A stretch of DNA of 44,190 nt. Source: Candidatus Entotheonella sp. DD2 (GTDB lineage: Bacteria > Tectomicrobia > Entotheonellia > Entotheonellales > Entotheonellaceae). The position numbers were made by a program, and so were the translations under genes. The stretch covers positions 808,198-852,387 of the forward strand of contig CAZZSM010000001.1 of assembly GCA_964656735.1 (NCBI GenBank), given 5' to 3'. The notes beneath the pieces are model-generated. The model saw only the letters and a program-made list of their open reading frames with translations, ran no database searches and was not told the origin of the DNA. This document shows, piece by piece, positions 24,425 to 35,900 of this stretch; position 1 is the first letter of the stretch; each line of letters begins with the position of its first letter.

Positions 24425-27400
24425 AACCTGCCTACATCCCGTTGTTCCATTGCAACCTCGGATGGCTCTTGCATCCGGTTTGCCAGCATCAATTCATCAA
24501 CGCGAGCCGCCAACCCAGCGATGGTTGGATTCTCGAACAGGCTGCGCAGCGATAATTCCATCTGCAAGGTTTCCCGCACCTGGGCAACCACCCGCACCCC
24601 CAATAGCGAATGCCCACCCAGTTCAAAAAAGTCATCGTGAATGCCAATCTGCTCAAGACCCAGCAGCATCTGATAGATGGTGGTCAGGGTCTGCTCAGTC
24701 TCGGTTTGCGGCGCCACGTACGGCGTGGCCAGATCGGGGCGTTCATGCACGGCCTGATGCCCGTTGCGCTGATCGGATAGCCCCGGCATGTCAGTCGGCG
24801 AGCGACTGAGTAAGACGTCGAGATCCTGAATGGAGACGAGCACTTGTGGCGGTACGGGCTGACCGATAATGCGCCGGAACGCCTGAGCGCCTTCACGCGC
24901 CGTCATGCCGACGGTCGCCTCGCCGGTGAGGGCTTCGAGCATCTGTTCAAAGGCCACGGTTGAGCCGCCAATGTGCAGCCATCGGTCCCAGTCAATCGAG
25001 ACCGTAAACTGACCGCTTCTGGCCGTGCGGTCGTGAGCATAAGCGTCTTGGAACAGATTGGCGGCAGTATAATCCACATAGGCAAACGAGCCGAAGATGC
25101 CGGTGAGCGACGAACAGTAGACCATAAAATCCAGTGGCTGATTTTCGAAGATGGCGTCGAGCACCAGGGTGCCCTGCACCTTTGCCGCTAGCGCCCGCGC
25201 CATGGACGCCGGTGTTTTGCGCAGCATCACGCCCGGTTCCAGCACGACTGCGGCGTGGATGACCCCGTGAATCGCGCCGAAGTGTTCCCGCGCCTGGGCA
25301 ACCGCCGCCGCCATCTGCCCCTGGTCGGCGACATCCGCACTCAGTGACAACACCTCGGCTCCCTGTTGCTCCAGGTCTTGAATCCGGAGGATAGTCTGGC
25401 TCGTGGCGTCCTCTTCGCCGTGCTCCGTCAGCCATTGCGCCCATGCGTCGCGTTCGGGTAATCCGGTACGCCCAACCAAAATGAGCCTGGCCTGCACCTG
25501 TTCCGCCAGATCAGCGGCCAGCGCGAGCCCCACCCCGCCCAGCCCGCCGGTGATCAGATCAACGCCCTGTTGCCGCAGCCGCGCGCCAGGTTGGCCGGCC
25601 TCCAGGCGAACGGGCTCAAAGCACTGCGTCCAGCGATGGGGGCCACGATACGCCACCAGGGTATCCGGCGCATCGCTGCGCAATTCCGTGAGCATCTGCT
25701 CAATGAGCGGCGCCGTCTGCGGACTGCCGGGTTCCGGCACAACCACATCGACGCAGCGGCAGGTGATGTGGGGGAACTCCTGGGGAATCACCTTGACGGG
25801 TCCCAACACCAGGGCCTTTTCCGGACAGCGCCCTGCTTCGCCCATCACATCATGCATGTGGTTGGTCAACACTGTGATCGCCAGCGCATCAGTCCAACCA
25901 TGGATATCGAGTGCCTGGGTCAGGGAAACCAGGCTATCAAAGCCGTATGTCTGCATCCTGGCCGTTCTGTCAAAGACGGATTCCTCGGCCGCGCCGTCCG
26001 CAGTTGTGAGGGTCCAGGCGTGGACGACCTCCGTTGGGCGGCTGTCCGGTTGGGTCAGCTCGCCGACCAGGGCGACGTAGTCATCATGTTGCTGAGGGTT
26101 GAGCACAAACTCGTGCGGGGTCAGCCTGGCAAATGCCGCTCCTATCCGCACGATGATGACCTCTTGACCGGCTTTTGTCAGGCCCTCGATCAGGTGTTCG
26201 GAGCATCCCGAGCCATCGGCAAAGACCAGCCAGCTTTGCGGGGCTTCCGGCCACGTTTTTTGCGGGTACAGTGCGGCCGGTGTCGACTGTTTCCAGGCCG
26301 GTAAGTAGAACCAGTCCGCCATGTCGGGCTTTTTACCGAGCCTATGCTTTGCGGCGTTACCCGCCGGTGGCTCAACCCAGTAGCGCTGGCGCTCAAACGG
26401 ATAGGTCGGCAAGGGCAAACGGCAGCGTGGCTCGCGGGTGCCGTAAAAGCCGTTCCAGTCCACCGGCACACCGGCCAACCACAACCGGCCTAGCGTATTG
26501 AGGAGGAACGCCACATCGGATTGCTCGTCTTGCGGGTGACGCAACGACGTCAACACGACCTGGCTTTGACGCGCCGGGTGCTGCCGGGTCAACGACGCCA
26601 TGGCGCGTCCCGGGCCGACCTCGAGTAGAATCCGATTGGGCTCGTCCAGCAACGTCTGCAAACCCGTGGCAAAGCGCACGGTGTGACGCAGATGTTTGAC
26701 CCAGTACTCCGGATCGGTGACTTCGCTGGCCGTGATCCATGTGCCCGAGAGGTTGGACACAAAGGGACGCTGGGGTGGCCGCAGGGTGAGCGTCGAGACA
26801 AACTGCCGGAATGGCGCCATGATGGGCTCCATGAGGGCTGAGTGTCCGGCACCGGCGATCGGCAAGCGGCGGTGATCGACGTCACCGTCCTGCAACCGCG
26901 CCTGCAATCGATCGATGGCCGCACTGGCTCCCGCCACCACGCATGAGGAAGGCGTATTGACCAGGGCGATGGAGAGATCGGCGCCCGATGGGTCTTCGTT
27001 GATCAGGGCCTGAATCTCTTCCTCCGCCAACGATACCGTCAGCATGGCGCCCGGAGGCAGGGTTCGAATCAGTTGGGCGCGGTGGTTCACCAGAGCCAGC
27101 CCATCTTCCGGCGTAAATACTCCGGCCAGACAGGCCGCCACGTATTCGCCCAGGCTATGGCCAATCATCGCCTGGGGTTGGATGCCCCACGACATCCACA
27201 ACTGCGCCAGCGCATACTCGGTCATAAACAGGGCGGGCAGTGCCAAGAATGGCTGTTGCAGCTGCTCTGCCGCACGTTCCGGGTCGTCCGGATGATAGAG
27301 CAGCGTGCGCAAATCAAGTCCTAGATGGGGCATGAGGCATTCGACACAGCGATCGATCTCCTGGCGAAACACCGGTTCAGTCTCATACAACTCCTGCCCC

Positions 27401-29067
27401 ATGGTCGTGTATTGGGTTCCCGCACCGGGGAACATGAAGACGACCGACGGCGTGTCCGGCATGGCGATGGCAGTGGCCAGGTGTGACGCATCTCCCGTCT
27501 CCAAGGCGGTGACGGCTTCGTCGTGGCTCCGGCACACCAGCATGCGCCGATGGTCGAACGGCTGGCGGCCCACTTGGAGGGTGTAGGCGACATCGGCCAG
27601 GTTCAGACCGGGATGTTGCTGCAAATGAGCCGCTAAATTACCGGTTAGCGTATCTAAGGCCGTTGGCGTTTGGGCCGAGAGCAAGAGTAACTGCCAGCTT
27701 TCGGACGCATGGGCAGTCGGTAGCATCGGCGCTTCCTCGACCACGATATGTGCGTTCGTACCGCCAAGCCCGAACGAACTGATCCCAGCTCGGCGGGGTG
27801 TGCCGTTTGTCTCCCAGGGCGTCAACGCCGCATTCACGTAAAAGGGACTGTTGGCAAAATCGATCTGCGGATTGGGCGCCGTGAAGTGGAGGCTGGGCGG
27901 AATCATCTTGTGCTGTAGCGCCAATACCGTCTTGATTAAGCCGCCAGCGCCCGCCGCGGTATTGAGATGTCCGACATTCGTTTTGAGCGAACCGATGGCG
28001 CAGTACTCGCGATTCTGCGCACCTCGCGTTCGGAATGCCTGGGTCAAAGCCGTGATTGCAATCGGATCCCCCAACTCGGTGGCCGTTCCGTGGGCTTCCA
28101 CGTAGGTGATCGTCTCCGGATGCACATTGGCGATCTCCTGCGCCTCGGCAATCGCTGCCGCCTGGCCGTCAACACTGGGAGCAGTGAAACCGATTTTCTC
28201 CGCCCCATCATTGTTGATGGCCGAGCCTTTGATGACGGCGAGAACAGTATCTCCCTCACGCAACGCATCGACCAACCGTTTCAACACCACGATGGCGGCG
28301 CCATTGCCGCCGACCGTGCCCGATGCCGCCGCATCAAAGGCTCGGCATCGGCCATCGGACGAGAATGCCATGCCTGGTTGATACAGATAGCCCCGCTCTT
28401 GCGGCAAGCCAATGGAAACGCCGCCGGCCAGCGCCATGTGACACTCGCCTTCGAGAATGCTCTGGCAGGCCAAATGAATGGCCACAAGCGAAGTGGAGCA
28501 GGCAGTCTGCACATTCACGCTTGGACCACGCAGGTTCAGCTTGTAGGAGATGCGGGTGGGCAAAAAATCCGAGTCATTGCCCGTGGCCAATTGGACCCCG
28601 CTGGCCGATAGGCTGAAATCGTAGTTTGGCATCAGGTTGTTGATCAGGTAGGTGCTCATCCCAGCCCCGGCATACACGCCCACCACGCCGCGATATGCCG
28701 CTGCCCTGTATCCCGCCATCTCCAGGGCCTCGGCCGCGCATTCCAGGAACAGGCGCTGCTGCGGATCGAGCATGGCGGCTTCATTGGCGCTATAGCCGAA
28801 GAAGGCGGCATCAAACAGGCCCGGATCCGACAGAATCGCCTGGGCAGGCACATAGTCGGGATGCGCAACGAGGGCCGGGTCGTTGCCTGCGGCCACCAAT
28901 GCTTCCGGACTAAAAAACGAGATCGATTCCACGCCATGCTGCAAATTTTGCCAGAACTCGGCCAGGTTATCGGCCCCCGGCGCGCGGCAGGCCATACCGA
29001 TGATCGCAATATCAGCATCGCTCACAGCGGCTGGAGTAGCGCGATGATCCATGCGTGATACCCCCAC
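24421..29067 (-). CDS. cis-AT PKS module KS-AT(non-malonyl motif GAGH)-KR-ACP
   Basis: KS QTACSTS, HGTAT and VGHL; AT GHSLG and IAGAGHS; KR GGLGGVG and DYTAAN; carrier LGGHSL; no DH. The real start may be the ATG at 29052. Confidence 0.93.
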   Translation of the reverse strand: MGVSRMDHRATPAAVSDADIAIIGMACRAPGADNLAEFWQNLQHGVESISFFSPEALVAAGNDPALVAHPDYVPAQAILSDPGLFDAAFFGYSANEAAMLDPQQRLFLECAAEALEMAGYRAAAYRGVVGVYAGAGMSTYLINNLMPNYDFSLSASGVQLATGNDSDFLPTRISYKLNLRGPSVNVQTACSTSLVAIHLACQSILEGECHMALAGGVSIGLPQERGYLYQPGMAFSSDGRCRAFDAAASGTVGGNGAAIVVLKRLVDALREGDTVLAVIKGSAINNDGAEKIGFTAPSVDGQAAAIAEAQEIANVHPETITYVEAHGTATELGDPIAITALTQAFRTRGAQNREYCAIGSLKTNVGHLNTAAGAGGLIKTVLALQHKMIPPSLHFTAPNPQIDFANSPFYVNAALTPWETNGTPRRAGISSFGLGGTNAHIVVEEAPMLPTAHASESWQLLLLSAQTPTALDTLTGNLAAHLQQHPGLNLADVAYTLQVGRQPFDHRRMLVCRSHDEAVTALETGDASHLATAIAMPDTPSVVFMFPGAGTQYTTMGQELYETEPVFRQEIDRCVECLMPHLGLDLRTLLYHPDDPERAAEQLQQPFLALPALFMTEYALAQLWMSWGIQPQAMIGHSLGEYVAACLAGVFTPEDGLALVNHRAQLIRTLPPGAMLTVSLAEEEIQALINEDPSGADLSIALVNTPSSCVVAGASAAIDRLQARLQDGDVDHRRLPIAGAGHSALMEPIMAPFRQFVSTLTLRPPQRPFVSNLSGTWITASEVTDPEYWVKHLRHTVRFATGLQTLLDEPNRILLEVGPGRAMASLTRQHPARQSQVVLTSLRHPQDEQSDVAFLLNTLGRLWLAGVPVDWNGFYGTREPRCRLPLPTYPFERQRYWVEPPAGNAAKHRLGKKPDMADWFYLPAWKQSTPAALYPQKTWPEAPQSWLVFADGSGCSEHLIEGLTKAGQEVIIVRIGAAFARLTPHEFVLNPQQHDDYVALVGELTQPDSRPTEVVHAWTLTTADGAAEESVFDRTARMQTYGFDSLVSLTQALDIHGWTDALAITVLTNHMHDVMGEAGRCPEKALVLGPVKVIPQEFPHITCRCVDVVVPEPGSPQTAPLIEQMLTELRSDAPDTLVAYRGPHRWTQCFEPVRLEAGQPGARLRQQGVDLITGGLGGVGLALAADLAEQVQARLILVGRTGLPERDAWAQWLTEHGEEDATSQTILRIQDLEQQGAEVLSLSADVADQGQMAAAVAQAREHFGAIHGVIHAAVVLEPGVMLRKTPASMARALAAKVQGTLVLDAIFENQPLDFMVYCSSLTGIFGSFAYVDYTAANLFQDAYAHDRTARSGQFTVSIDWDRWLHIGGSTVAFEQMLEALTGEATVGMTAREGAQAFRRIIGQPVPPQVLVSIQDLDVLLSRSPTDMPGLSDQRNGHQAVHERPDLATPYVAPQTETEQTLTTIYQMLLGLEQIGIHDDFFELGGHSLLGVRVVAQVRETLQMELSLRSLFENPTIAGLAARVDELMLANRMQEPSEVAMEQRDVGRL

Positions 29068-29070
29068 TCG

Positions 29071-30285
29071 TTACAACGGGTTGACCGTAAAAATCGGGAA
29101 ATACGTTTCAAGTCGACCGTGAGCGTAGTCATTGGCCAGTTGCGGCATATCGTCCCAGTCGTACACGTCGTGGATGGGCGGCGCCATCCAACCGGTTTTG
29201 TGGGCAAAGGCGACGGCATCAACCCCCTCGGCGTAACGCGCATAATAGGTGTGGACATGAATGTGGCGGTTGATGCATTCAATGGCGCGCAGGTTGGTGA
29301 GCTTCATGCCGTGTTTCCAGCCACAAGTGGTGATCACCCCCTGACGCGCCAACGCCTTGAGCGTGGCCCGGTACACCGGCGTGCCAATATTGTCGATGAA
29401 AATGGAGACCCCAGTCCCGTTGGTCTGCTCCCGCATGGTTTGAACAAACGCTTTTTCAGCCTGTTCATAGCTCTGTCGATAAGCGCGGTCGGATTGATAT
29501 CTCGCCTCGTCGTAGTTCAGATCCGGAAACGCCCGCCGGTCAATCATGGTAATGCCGGATTCTCTGCCCACCTGTAGGCGGGCATCGCTCGAAGCTAGCA
29601 TGATCGCTTGACAACCCACGTGCTTGGCCAGCTCGCATTCGGCCAAGGACACGCCACCGCCCCAGGCCGCGACATAGGTGTCAGCCGGGTCGACCTCTTC
29701 CATTTGCGATTGCCAGCATTTGTAGGACACATGCCAACTGGCCCAGGCCGTAATGTAGCGCACCGAGAAGGCAGCCCATTGCGGCAGCGAAAACGGCGAC
29801 GGTTGGGGAATCGGAATCACGTTGCTCTGGTGCAGCTTGGCCTGCTTGGCCAGCATGCCCATCGTCCCCGGCGTATCATAGGCCACGACTTTGATGGGAT
29901 AGCCATGCGCATCCGCAATGCTGGTTCCAAACAAAACGCACACATCGCCTGCTTGCGCGGTTGTCACCGCAGCGCCGGCCTTTAGGATTCTGACCACCCC
30001 GGCGTTGCCGATCACCACCCGCTCTTCACCCCGCTGATGGCAGATATCGACGGGTTGGCGTTCGAGAGCATGCGTCATATTGGCTTCCCAGCAGCCATAG
30101 AGGGGTTCGACCAGGACTTCTTCTTCGGTGATGTCGGGAAATCCGAATGACTCTTTACGAAGCTGGGCGGTCTGTGGTGCGCGCGCATGATCCGGTTCGC
30201 CAGCGTAAAGCACCCATGCTTCGGTGGAGATGGTTTTTGCCGCATGAGCCGGTTCAATTCCTGAAGCTACATATTGCCGCGTCAT
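29071..30285 (-). CDS. MDR-superfamily NADPH oxidoreductase, divergent crotonyl-CoA carboxylase/reductase (ECR)-like
   Basis: About 400 aa. Segments EVLV..WEAN, VIGNAGVV, AYDTPG, WGGGV, IDRR, IFIDNIG and ITTCG parallel the CCR/MDR layout. ATG at 30285 has a GGAGG RBS. Confidence 0.65.
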   Translation of the reverse strand: MTRQYVASGIEPAHAAKTISTEAWVLYAGEPDHARAPQTAQLRKESFGFPDITEEEVLVEPLYGCWEANMTHALERQPVDICHQRGEERVVIGNAGVVRILKAGAAVTTAQAGDVCVLFGTSIADAHGYPIKVVAYDTPGTMGMLAKQAKLHQSNVIPIPQPSPFSLPQWAAFSVRYITAWASWHVSYKCWQSQMEEVDPADTYVAAWGGGVSLAECELAKHVGCQAIMLASSDARLQVGRESGITMIDRRAFPDLNYDEARYQSDRAYRQSYEQAEKAFVQTMREQTNGTGVSIFIDNIGTPVYRATLKALARQGVITTCGWKHGMKLTNLRAIECINRHIHVHTYYARYAEGVDAVAFAHKTGWMAPPIHDVYDWDDMPQLANDYAHGRLETYFPIFTVNPL

Positions 30286-30303
30286 ACCTGCGTCCTCCAA
30301 AAA

Positions 30304-32910
30304 CTATGACTGCATTTTTTGCCGGATCGTCCGGCGTTCTCGGGTAGCAGTGCGACGTGCCTGGCGCAGCTCGCCCTGCCCCTGACGCACGTCTTCCGGT
30401 TGTCCGTGCGGTTGCCGGTTCAGACGTTCTGTCAGGGCATGGATCGTTGGATAGCGAAACAGATCCACCAGGGTAAAATCATCTGTCCGCAAGGGTTCCA
30501 ACTTGCTGTAGATTTGGGGTAGGAGCAACGAGTGGCCACCGAGGTCGAAAAAATTGTCGTGGATGCCCACCTGATCGACCTGAAGCACCTCGCGCCAGAT
30601 ACTGGCAAGGTGTCGTTCCGCCTCGGTTTGCGGCATGACGTAATCGGTGCCGAGTTCAGGACGATGGGTTGGCGCAGGCAAGGCGCGCCGGTCGATCTTG
30701 CCGTTAGGCGTCAACGGCCAGGCATCCAACCCCACAAACGCCGATGGCACCATGTAGTCGGGCAACGTCTGTTGCAAAAACACGCGTAGAATGGCGGTTG
30801 GCCCGTCATCTCCCCAACCTTGCTCCGTTGCCATCACATAGGCCACCAGCCGTCGGTCGCCCGGTTGATCTTCACGCACGATCACCACGGTATCTTGTAC
30901 AGTGGGATGTTGGTTCAGAACCGCTTCGATTTCGCCAAGCTCAATGCGGAAACCACGCACCTTCACTTGATTGTCCAGGCGACCCAAAAACTCGATGCAG
31001 CCATCGGACCGGTAGCGCGCCAAGTCCCCCGTGCGATACAACCGACAGGCACCATACCCATTGGCCACGAACTTCTCGGCCGTCAGCCCCGGACGATGGT
31101 GATATCCCCGCGCCAGGCTCTCACCGCCCGTACACAGCTCGCCCGCAATCCCCACCGGCACAGCCTCACCATAGCGGTCCAAAAGGTACACCTGAACGTT
31201 GTCAATCGCATAACCAATAGGCGGCGTCCCCAATTCCTCGGGTCTCACCTCAATCGCAGTCGCGACCACGGTGCTTTCCGTGGGCCCGTAGTTGTTGATG
31301 AGCGAGAACGGCAGACCACACGGCGGCGATTGATGCAACGTGTCACCCCCCGTCAACATCTGATGGAACCCACTCGCCAGCAGCCAAGCGAGGGTCACCA
31401 GGTGTTCCGCCACCGGGGTCGGGACAAAGCTAATGCTGATGCCGCGCTGCACCAGCCAGTCGCGAAGCATCTCCGGGGCACTGAGCAAGGCCGAGGGCAC
31501 CAGATCAAGCCTGGACCCCACCGCCAGATAGGGCCACATTTCCCACCCGCACACATCAAAGGACAGACTGGTCATGGGCGAGGCCCGATCCTGCGCCGTG
31601 ACCCCATAGGCCCGGTGATGCCAACCGATCAGATTGAGCAACCCGCCATGCTCCACCAGGACCCCTTTGGGGTGGCCGGTCGAGCCCGAGGTGTAAATGA
31701 CATAGGCCAGGTTACCGGTGCTGACCGTACAACCGGGATTATCGCGACGCTGGGAGGCCAGGGTGGGCCAGTCGCGGTCCAGACAGATCACCCGCGCGGT
31801 CTCTGCCGGCAGCTCATCGGCGAGGTGGCCTTGGGTCAGGAGCACGGGGGCTTGGGCATCGGCCAGCATGAAGGCGAGGCGCTCCTTGGGATAGGCGGGG
31901 TCCAGGGGCACATAGGCGCCGCCGGCTTTGAGAATCCCTAACAAGCCCACCACCATCTCGAGCGAGCGCTCCACGCAAAGCGCCACCAGGGTTTCCGGTC
32001 CAATGCCGAGGGCTAGCAGATAATGCGCGACTTGGTTGGCCCGTTGATTTAGGGCACGATAGGTGAGGTGTTCGGCTTCCCACACCACCGCCATGGCCTC
32101 CGGTGTCTGGGATGCCTGTTCTTCAATCAACTTATGGATAGGTTGATCACAGGGATAAGCCGTCTGCGTGGCGTTCCAAACGACTAAGATTTCATGGCGC
32201 TCAGCCGCTCTCAGGAACGGCAACTCGCTCACGACTTGCTCCGGATTAGCCACGATGCTTTCGAGCAGCGTGTGAAAATGATACACCATCCGCTCTATGG
32301 TAGCGGCATCGAACAACTCGCGGTTGTAGTGCACAGCGCCAACGAGGGGGTCGCCACCGTCGACCATCGCTAAGACCAGATCCGACCAGCCTTGTCCCAT
32401 CCCGACAGTTGCAAGCAATCCATCATCCCCATCCGTTCGCCACTCGGCCTCGATTTCCCACGCCGCGGCCATGCCTTGGGGCTGCATTAGGGCAAACCCC
32501 ACCCGACAGATCGAGGTGTCGCGCGAAGGGCGCAAGGGATCGTCTGGCGTCCTGAACGCATCGCGCACCGTTTGATGCATCTGCTGGAGAACACTCCGAA
32601 ACGAGGGATTCCCGGATACATCGGCGCATAAGACAACCGGGTCCGACCAGGGGTCAGTCGCGAGCGCTCCTACCGGGATGTCGTCTTGATCGGTGTAGCG
32701 ATGCAACAGCACCTGAAAGGCGGCGAGCAGAGTCACAAACAAGGTAGTGGAGGTATTCGATGCCAGGTTTCGGAGTCCGTGGGACAGGTCATACGGCAAT
32801 TGAAACGGTTCAGATGCGCTCTCGAAGACCGATGTGGATGACTGCGGCCGGTCCGATGGCAGATTTAGCATCGGGAACTCACCAGTCAGCTGTTCTCGCC
32901 TATCTAGCAT
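30304..32910 (-). CDS. NRPS: truncated C domain (C-terminal half only), A(Leu), PCP, Arg-rich tail
   Basis: Begins at REQLTGEFPMLNLPSDRP (mid-C domain) and has no HHxxxDG. Code DVWFLGNVVK (Leu-type); PCP LGGHSL; AAGGAG RBS. Confidence 0.88.
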   Translation of the reverse strand: MLDRREQLTGEFPMLNLPSDRPQSSTSVFESASEPFQLPYDLSHGLRNLASNTSTTLFVTLLAAFQVLLHRYTDQDDIPVGALATDPWSDPVVLCADVSGNPSFRSVLQQMHQTVRDAFRTPDDPLRPSRDTSICRVGFALMQPQGMAAAWEIEAEWRTDGDDGLLATVGMGQGWSDLVLAMVDGGDPLVGAVHYNRELFDAATIERMVYHFHTLLESIVANPEQVVSELPFLRAAERHEILVVWNATQTAYPCDQPIHKLIEEQASQTPEAMAVVWEAEHLTYRALNQRANQVAHYLLALGIGPETLVALCVERSLEMVVGLLGILKAGGAYVPLDPAYPKERLAFMLADAQAPVLLTQGHLADELPAETARVICLDRDWPTLASQRRDNPGCTVSTGNLAYVIYTSGSTGHPKGVLVEHGGLLNLIGWHHRAYGVTAQDRASPMTSLSFDVCGWEMWPYLAVGSRLDLVPSALLSAPEMLRDWLVQRGISISFVPTPVAEHLVTLAWLLASGFHQMLTGGDTLHQSPPCGLPFSLINNYGPTESTVVATAIEVRPEELGTPPIGYAIDNVQVYLLDRYGEAVPVGIAGELCTGGESLARGYHHRPGLTAEKFVANGYGACRLYRTGDLARYRSDGCIEFLGRLDNQVKVRGFRIELGEIEAVLNQHPTVQDTVVIVREDQPGDRRLVAYVMATEQGWGDDGPTAILRVFLQQTLPDYMVPSAFVGLDAWPLTPNGKIDRRALPAPTHRPELGTDYVMPQTEAERHLASIWREVLQVDQVGIHDNFFDLGGHSLLLPQIYSKLEPLRTDDFTLVDLFRYPTIHALTERLNRQPHGQPEDVRQGQGELRQARRTATRERRTIRQKMQS

Positions 32911-32982
32911 CGCTTGTCTCCTTGGGCGTGTAACCCGTCAAACGTGCGGCGCAATCTGCCTAACCATGATCTTTTCCTCTCT

Positions 32983-35900
32983 TTACCCTTGCCCAGACTG
33001 TTTTTGCCGCAGCAGCGCCTCGATTTCTTCCTCAGACAGTTGGCTGAGGTGTTGCCGCAGGTGTGCAATATCTGCGAGCTGACCCGGTGTCGTCTCATGG
33101 TCAACCATGGCCTCTGCGAGGCCGGCCACCGTGGGGTGTTCAAAGAGGGTGCGCAGGGGCAGCTCAATCCCAAAGGTGTTCCGGATGCGAGAGATCGTTT
33201 GGGTCGCCAGCAGCGAATGGCCTCCCAACTCAAAGAAATTATCGTGAATCCCGACCTGCTCCAGCCCCAACACCTCCCGCCAGATGGCCGCCATCGTGAC
33301 TTGAGTGGGCGTTTGAGGCGGCGCAAAATGGTCGGCCAGCGGCCGGGGAGCAGGAGCCGGCAAGGCGCGCCGGTCCACCTTGCCACTCGGCGTCAACGGT
33401 AGCGCCTCCAACTGCACAAAGATTGATGGCACCATGTAGTCCGGCAGCTTCAGCCGCAGGAAGTCAGCCAGAGGCAGGTCGCAAGCGGCCGGGGCTTCTG
33501 GCGGCTGGCCGCCGGCGCCCTGGCGAAGCACATATGCCACCAATCGCTTCTCACCCGGGGGCTCTTCTCGATCGATCACCACCGCTTCCCTGACCTCGGG
33601 ATGTTCACACAGCGCGGCTTCAATCTCGCCCAATTCAACCCGGAAGCCGCGAATTTTCACCTGCTGGTCCAGGCGGCCGAGAAACACAATGGATCCATCC
33701 GCTAAGTAGCGGGTTTGATCGCCCGTCTTGTACAACCGGCCAGCGCCAAAGGGATTGGGAATAAACGTCTCCGACGTCAACCCTGGACGTTGGTGATATC
33801 CTCGCGCTACCGGCCGGCCACCGATGTAGAGCTCCCCCAGCACCCCGATGGGCACGGGTTGATGATGGCGGTCTAAAATGTAGATTTGCGCGTTGGCCAG
33901 CGGACGGCCAATGGGCGGTAGCGCGGGCCAGTGGCGCACTGTCTCGGGCATCACAAACGTGGTGACCACATGGGCTTCGGTGGGGCCATAATGATTGGCC
34001 AGAGTGCACGTGGGCAGGTGTTCGAATAGGGTGGCGATGGCCGGCGTGACCTGCAACTGTTCGCCTGCCGTGATCACCTCCCGTAAGCTGCTTGGGTAGA
34101 CGGCTGACTGCACGGCAGCCTCGGCCAGGTGGTGTAGCGCAATGAAGGGTAAAAACAACCGCTCCAGTTGACGCGTGCGAATCAGCCTGCGGATGGCCTC
34201 CATATCGCGGCGCGCGTCTTCTGACACGAGGTACAGGGCGCCCCCGGCACACCAGGTAGCGAACATTTCCTGAAAGGAGACATCAAAGCTGATGGGAGCA
34301 AATTGCAAGGTGCGGGGCTGCGGGACCGCGGTGTGTTCAAGTTGCCACTGAATCAGGTTGCACAGCGCCTCATGGGGCATGGCGACACCTTTGGGACGCC
34401 CGGTCGAGCCGGAGGTGTAGAGGACATAAGCCAAATGGGACGAGGCCACCTGGCGAGTTGGATTGTGGGTGGGGTGCTGGGCTATCGCCGCCCACTGTGT
34501 ATCCAGGCAGATGACGTGAGCCGGATGGTCAGGCAGGTTGAGCCACAACGTGTCCTGCGTCAAGAGGACCTGCACCTGGGTATCGGCCAACATGAACGCC
34601 AAGCGATCCGGGGGATAGGCCGAGTCAAGCGGCACATAGGCACCGCCCGCTTTGAGGATGCCCAACAGTCCCACCACCATCTCCAGGCTGCGTTCCATGC
34701 ATATGCCGACCAGGGTGTCAGGGCCAACGCCCAGTGATTGCAGGTAATGGGCCAATTGGTTGGCGCGCGCGTTGAGAGTGCGGTAGGTCGCGGACGGAGA
34801 GTGGGTGTGGTCATCAAATACGACCGCAACGGCATCGGGCGTCCGCTCAACTTGCGCTTCAAACAATTGCTGCACGCACGTGTCTTGGGGATACGCGATC
34901 GCAGTCTGGTTCCACGCCACCACCAGCTGATGTTGTTCAGCCTCGCTCAACAGCGGCAAGGCGCCGATGCGCTGGGCCGGGTCCGCCACAATTGCGGCAA
35001 GCAAGGTCCGGAAGCATCCGATCAAGCGCGTCATGGTCGATTCTTCAAACAGATCCGTGCTGTAGATGCAGTAGCCATCAAGCCGGTCCGGCCGCTCCCA
35101 CAGGTGAATTTCCAGGTCAAATCGCACCCGTTCCAACGCCAGAGGCAGCGGCGTGACGCGCAGGCCCGGCAGTTCAAACGCATGTATTGGAGCGCGCTGC
35201 AACGCGAAGACAGCCTGCACCACCGGGTTGTAATTGAGAGCGCGCTCCATCGGCAGTTCTTCCACCAGGCGTTCAAACGGCACGTCCTGATGCTCGTATG
35301 CCGCCTGGGTGATCTGACGCACTTGCGCCAACAGCTCCAAAAAGGTGGGATTGCTTGACAAATCCACCCGCAGGGCCAGGGTGTTGACAAAAAAGCCAAT
35401 CAGGGGTTCGATCTCTTGACGGGTGCGATTGGCAATTGGGGAGCCCACCACAATGTCGTCCTGCCCGCTATAGCGCCCCATCAACACCTGGAATGCGGCC
35501 AACAAAGTCATAAAGAGGGTAGCGCCCGCCTGTTGGCTCAGGGCCTGCAACTGTTGCATGAGCGCAGCGCCCACATCAAAGGTGATCGCACGGCCCCGAA
35601 AACTTTCGACTGATGGCCGAGGGTGATCCGTGGGCAGTTGTAACAACGCCGGCGCGCCAGCCAACTGCGCGGTCCAGTAACGTAGGTGCCGCTCAAGCAC
35701 ATCGCCTTGTAACCAGTGGCGCTGCCACACGGCAAAATCGGCATATTGAATGGGTAGCTGCGGCAAGGGTGAAGGCTTGCCTTGCGAGAAGGCTTCGTAC
35801 AGCACGGCCAGCTCCCGCACCAGTATTTCTGCCGACCAGCCATCAAAGGCAATGTGATGCAGGGTCAGCAGTAAAATATGCACTTCAGCCTCCAACCACA

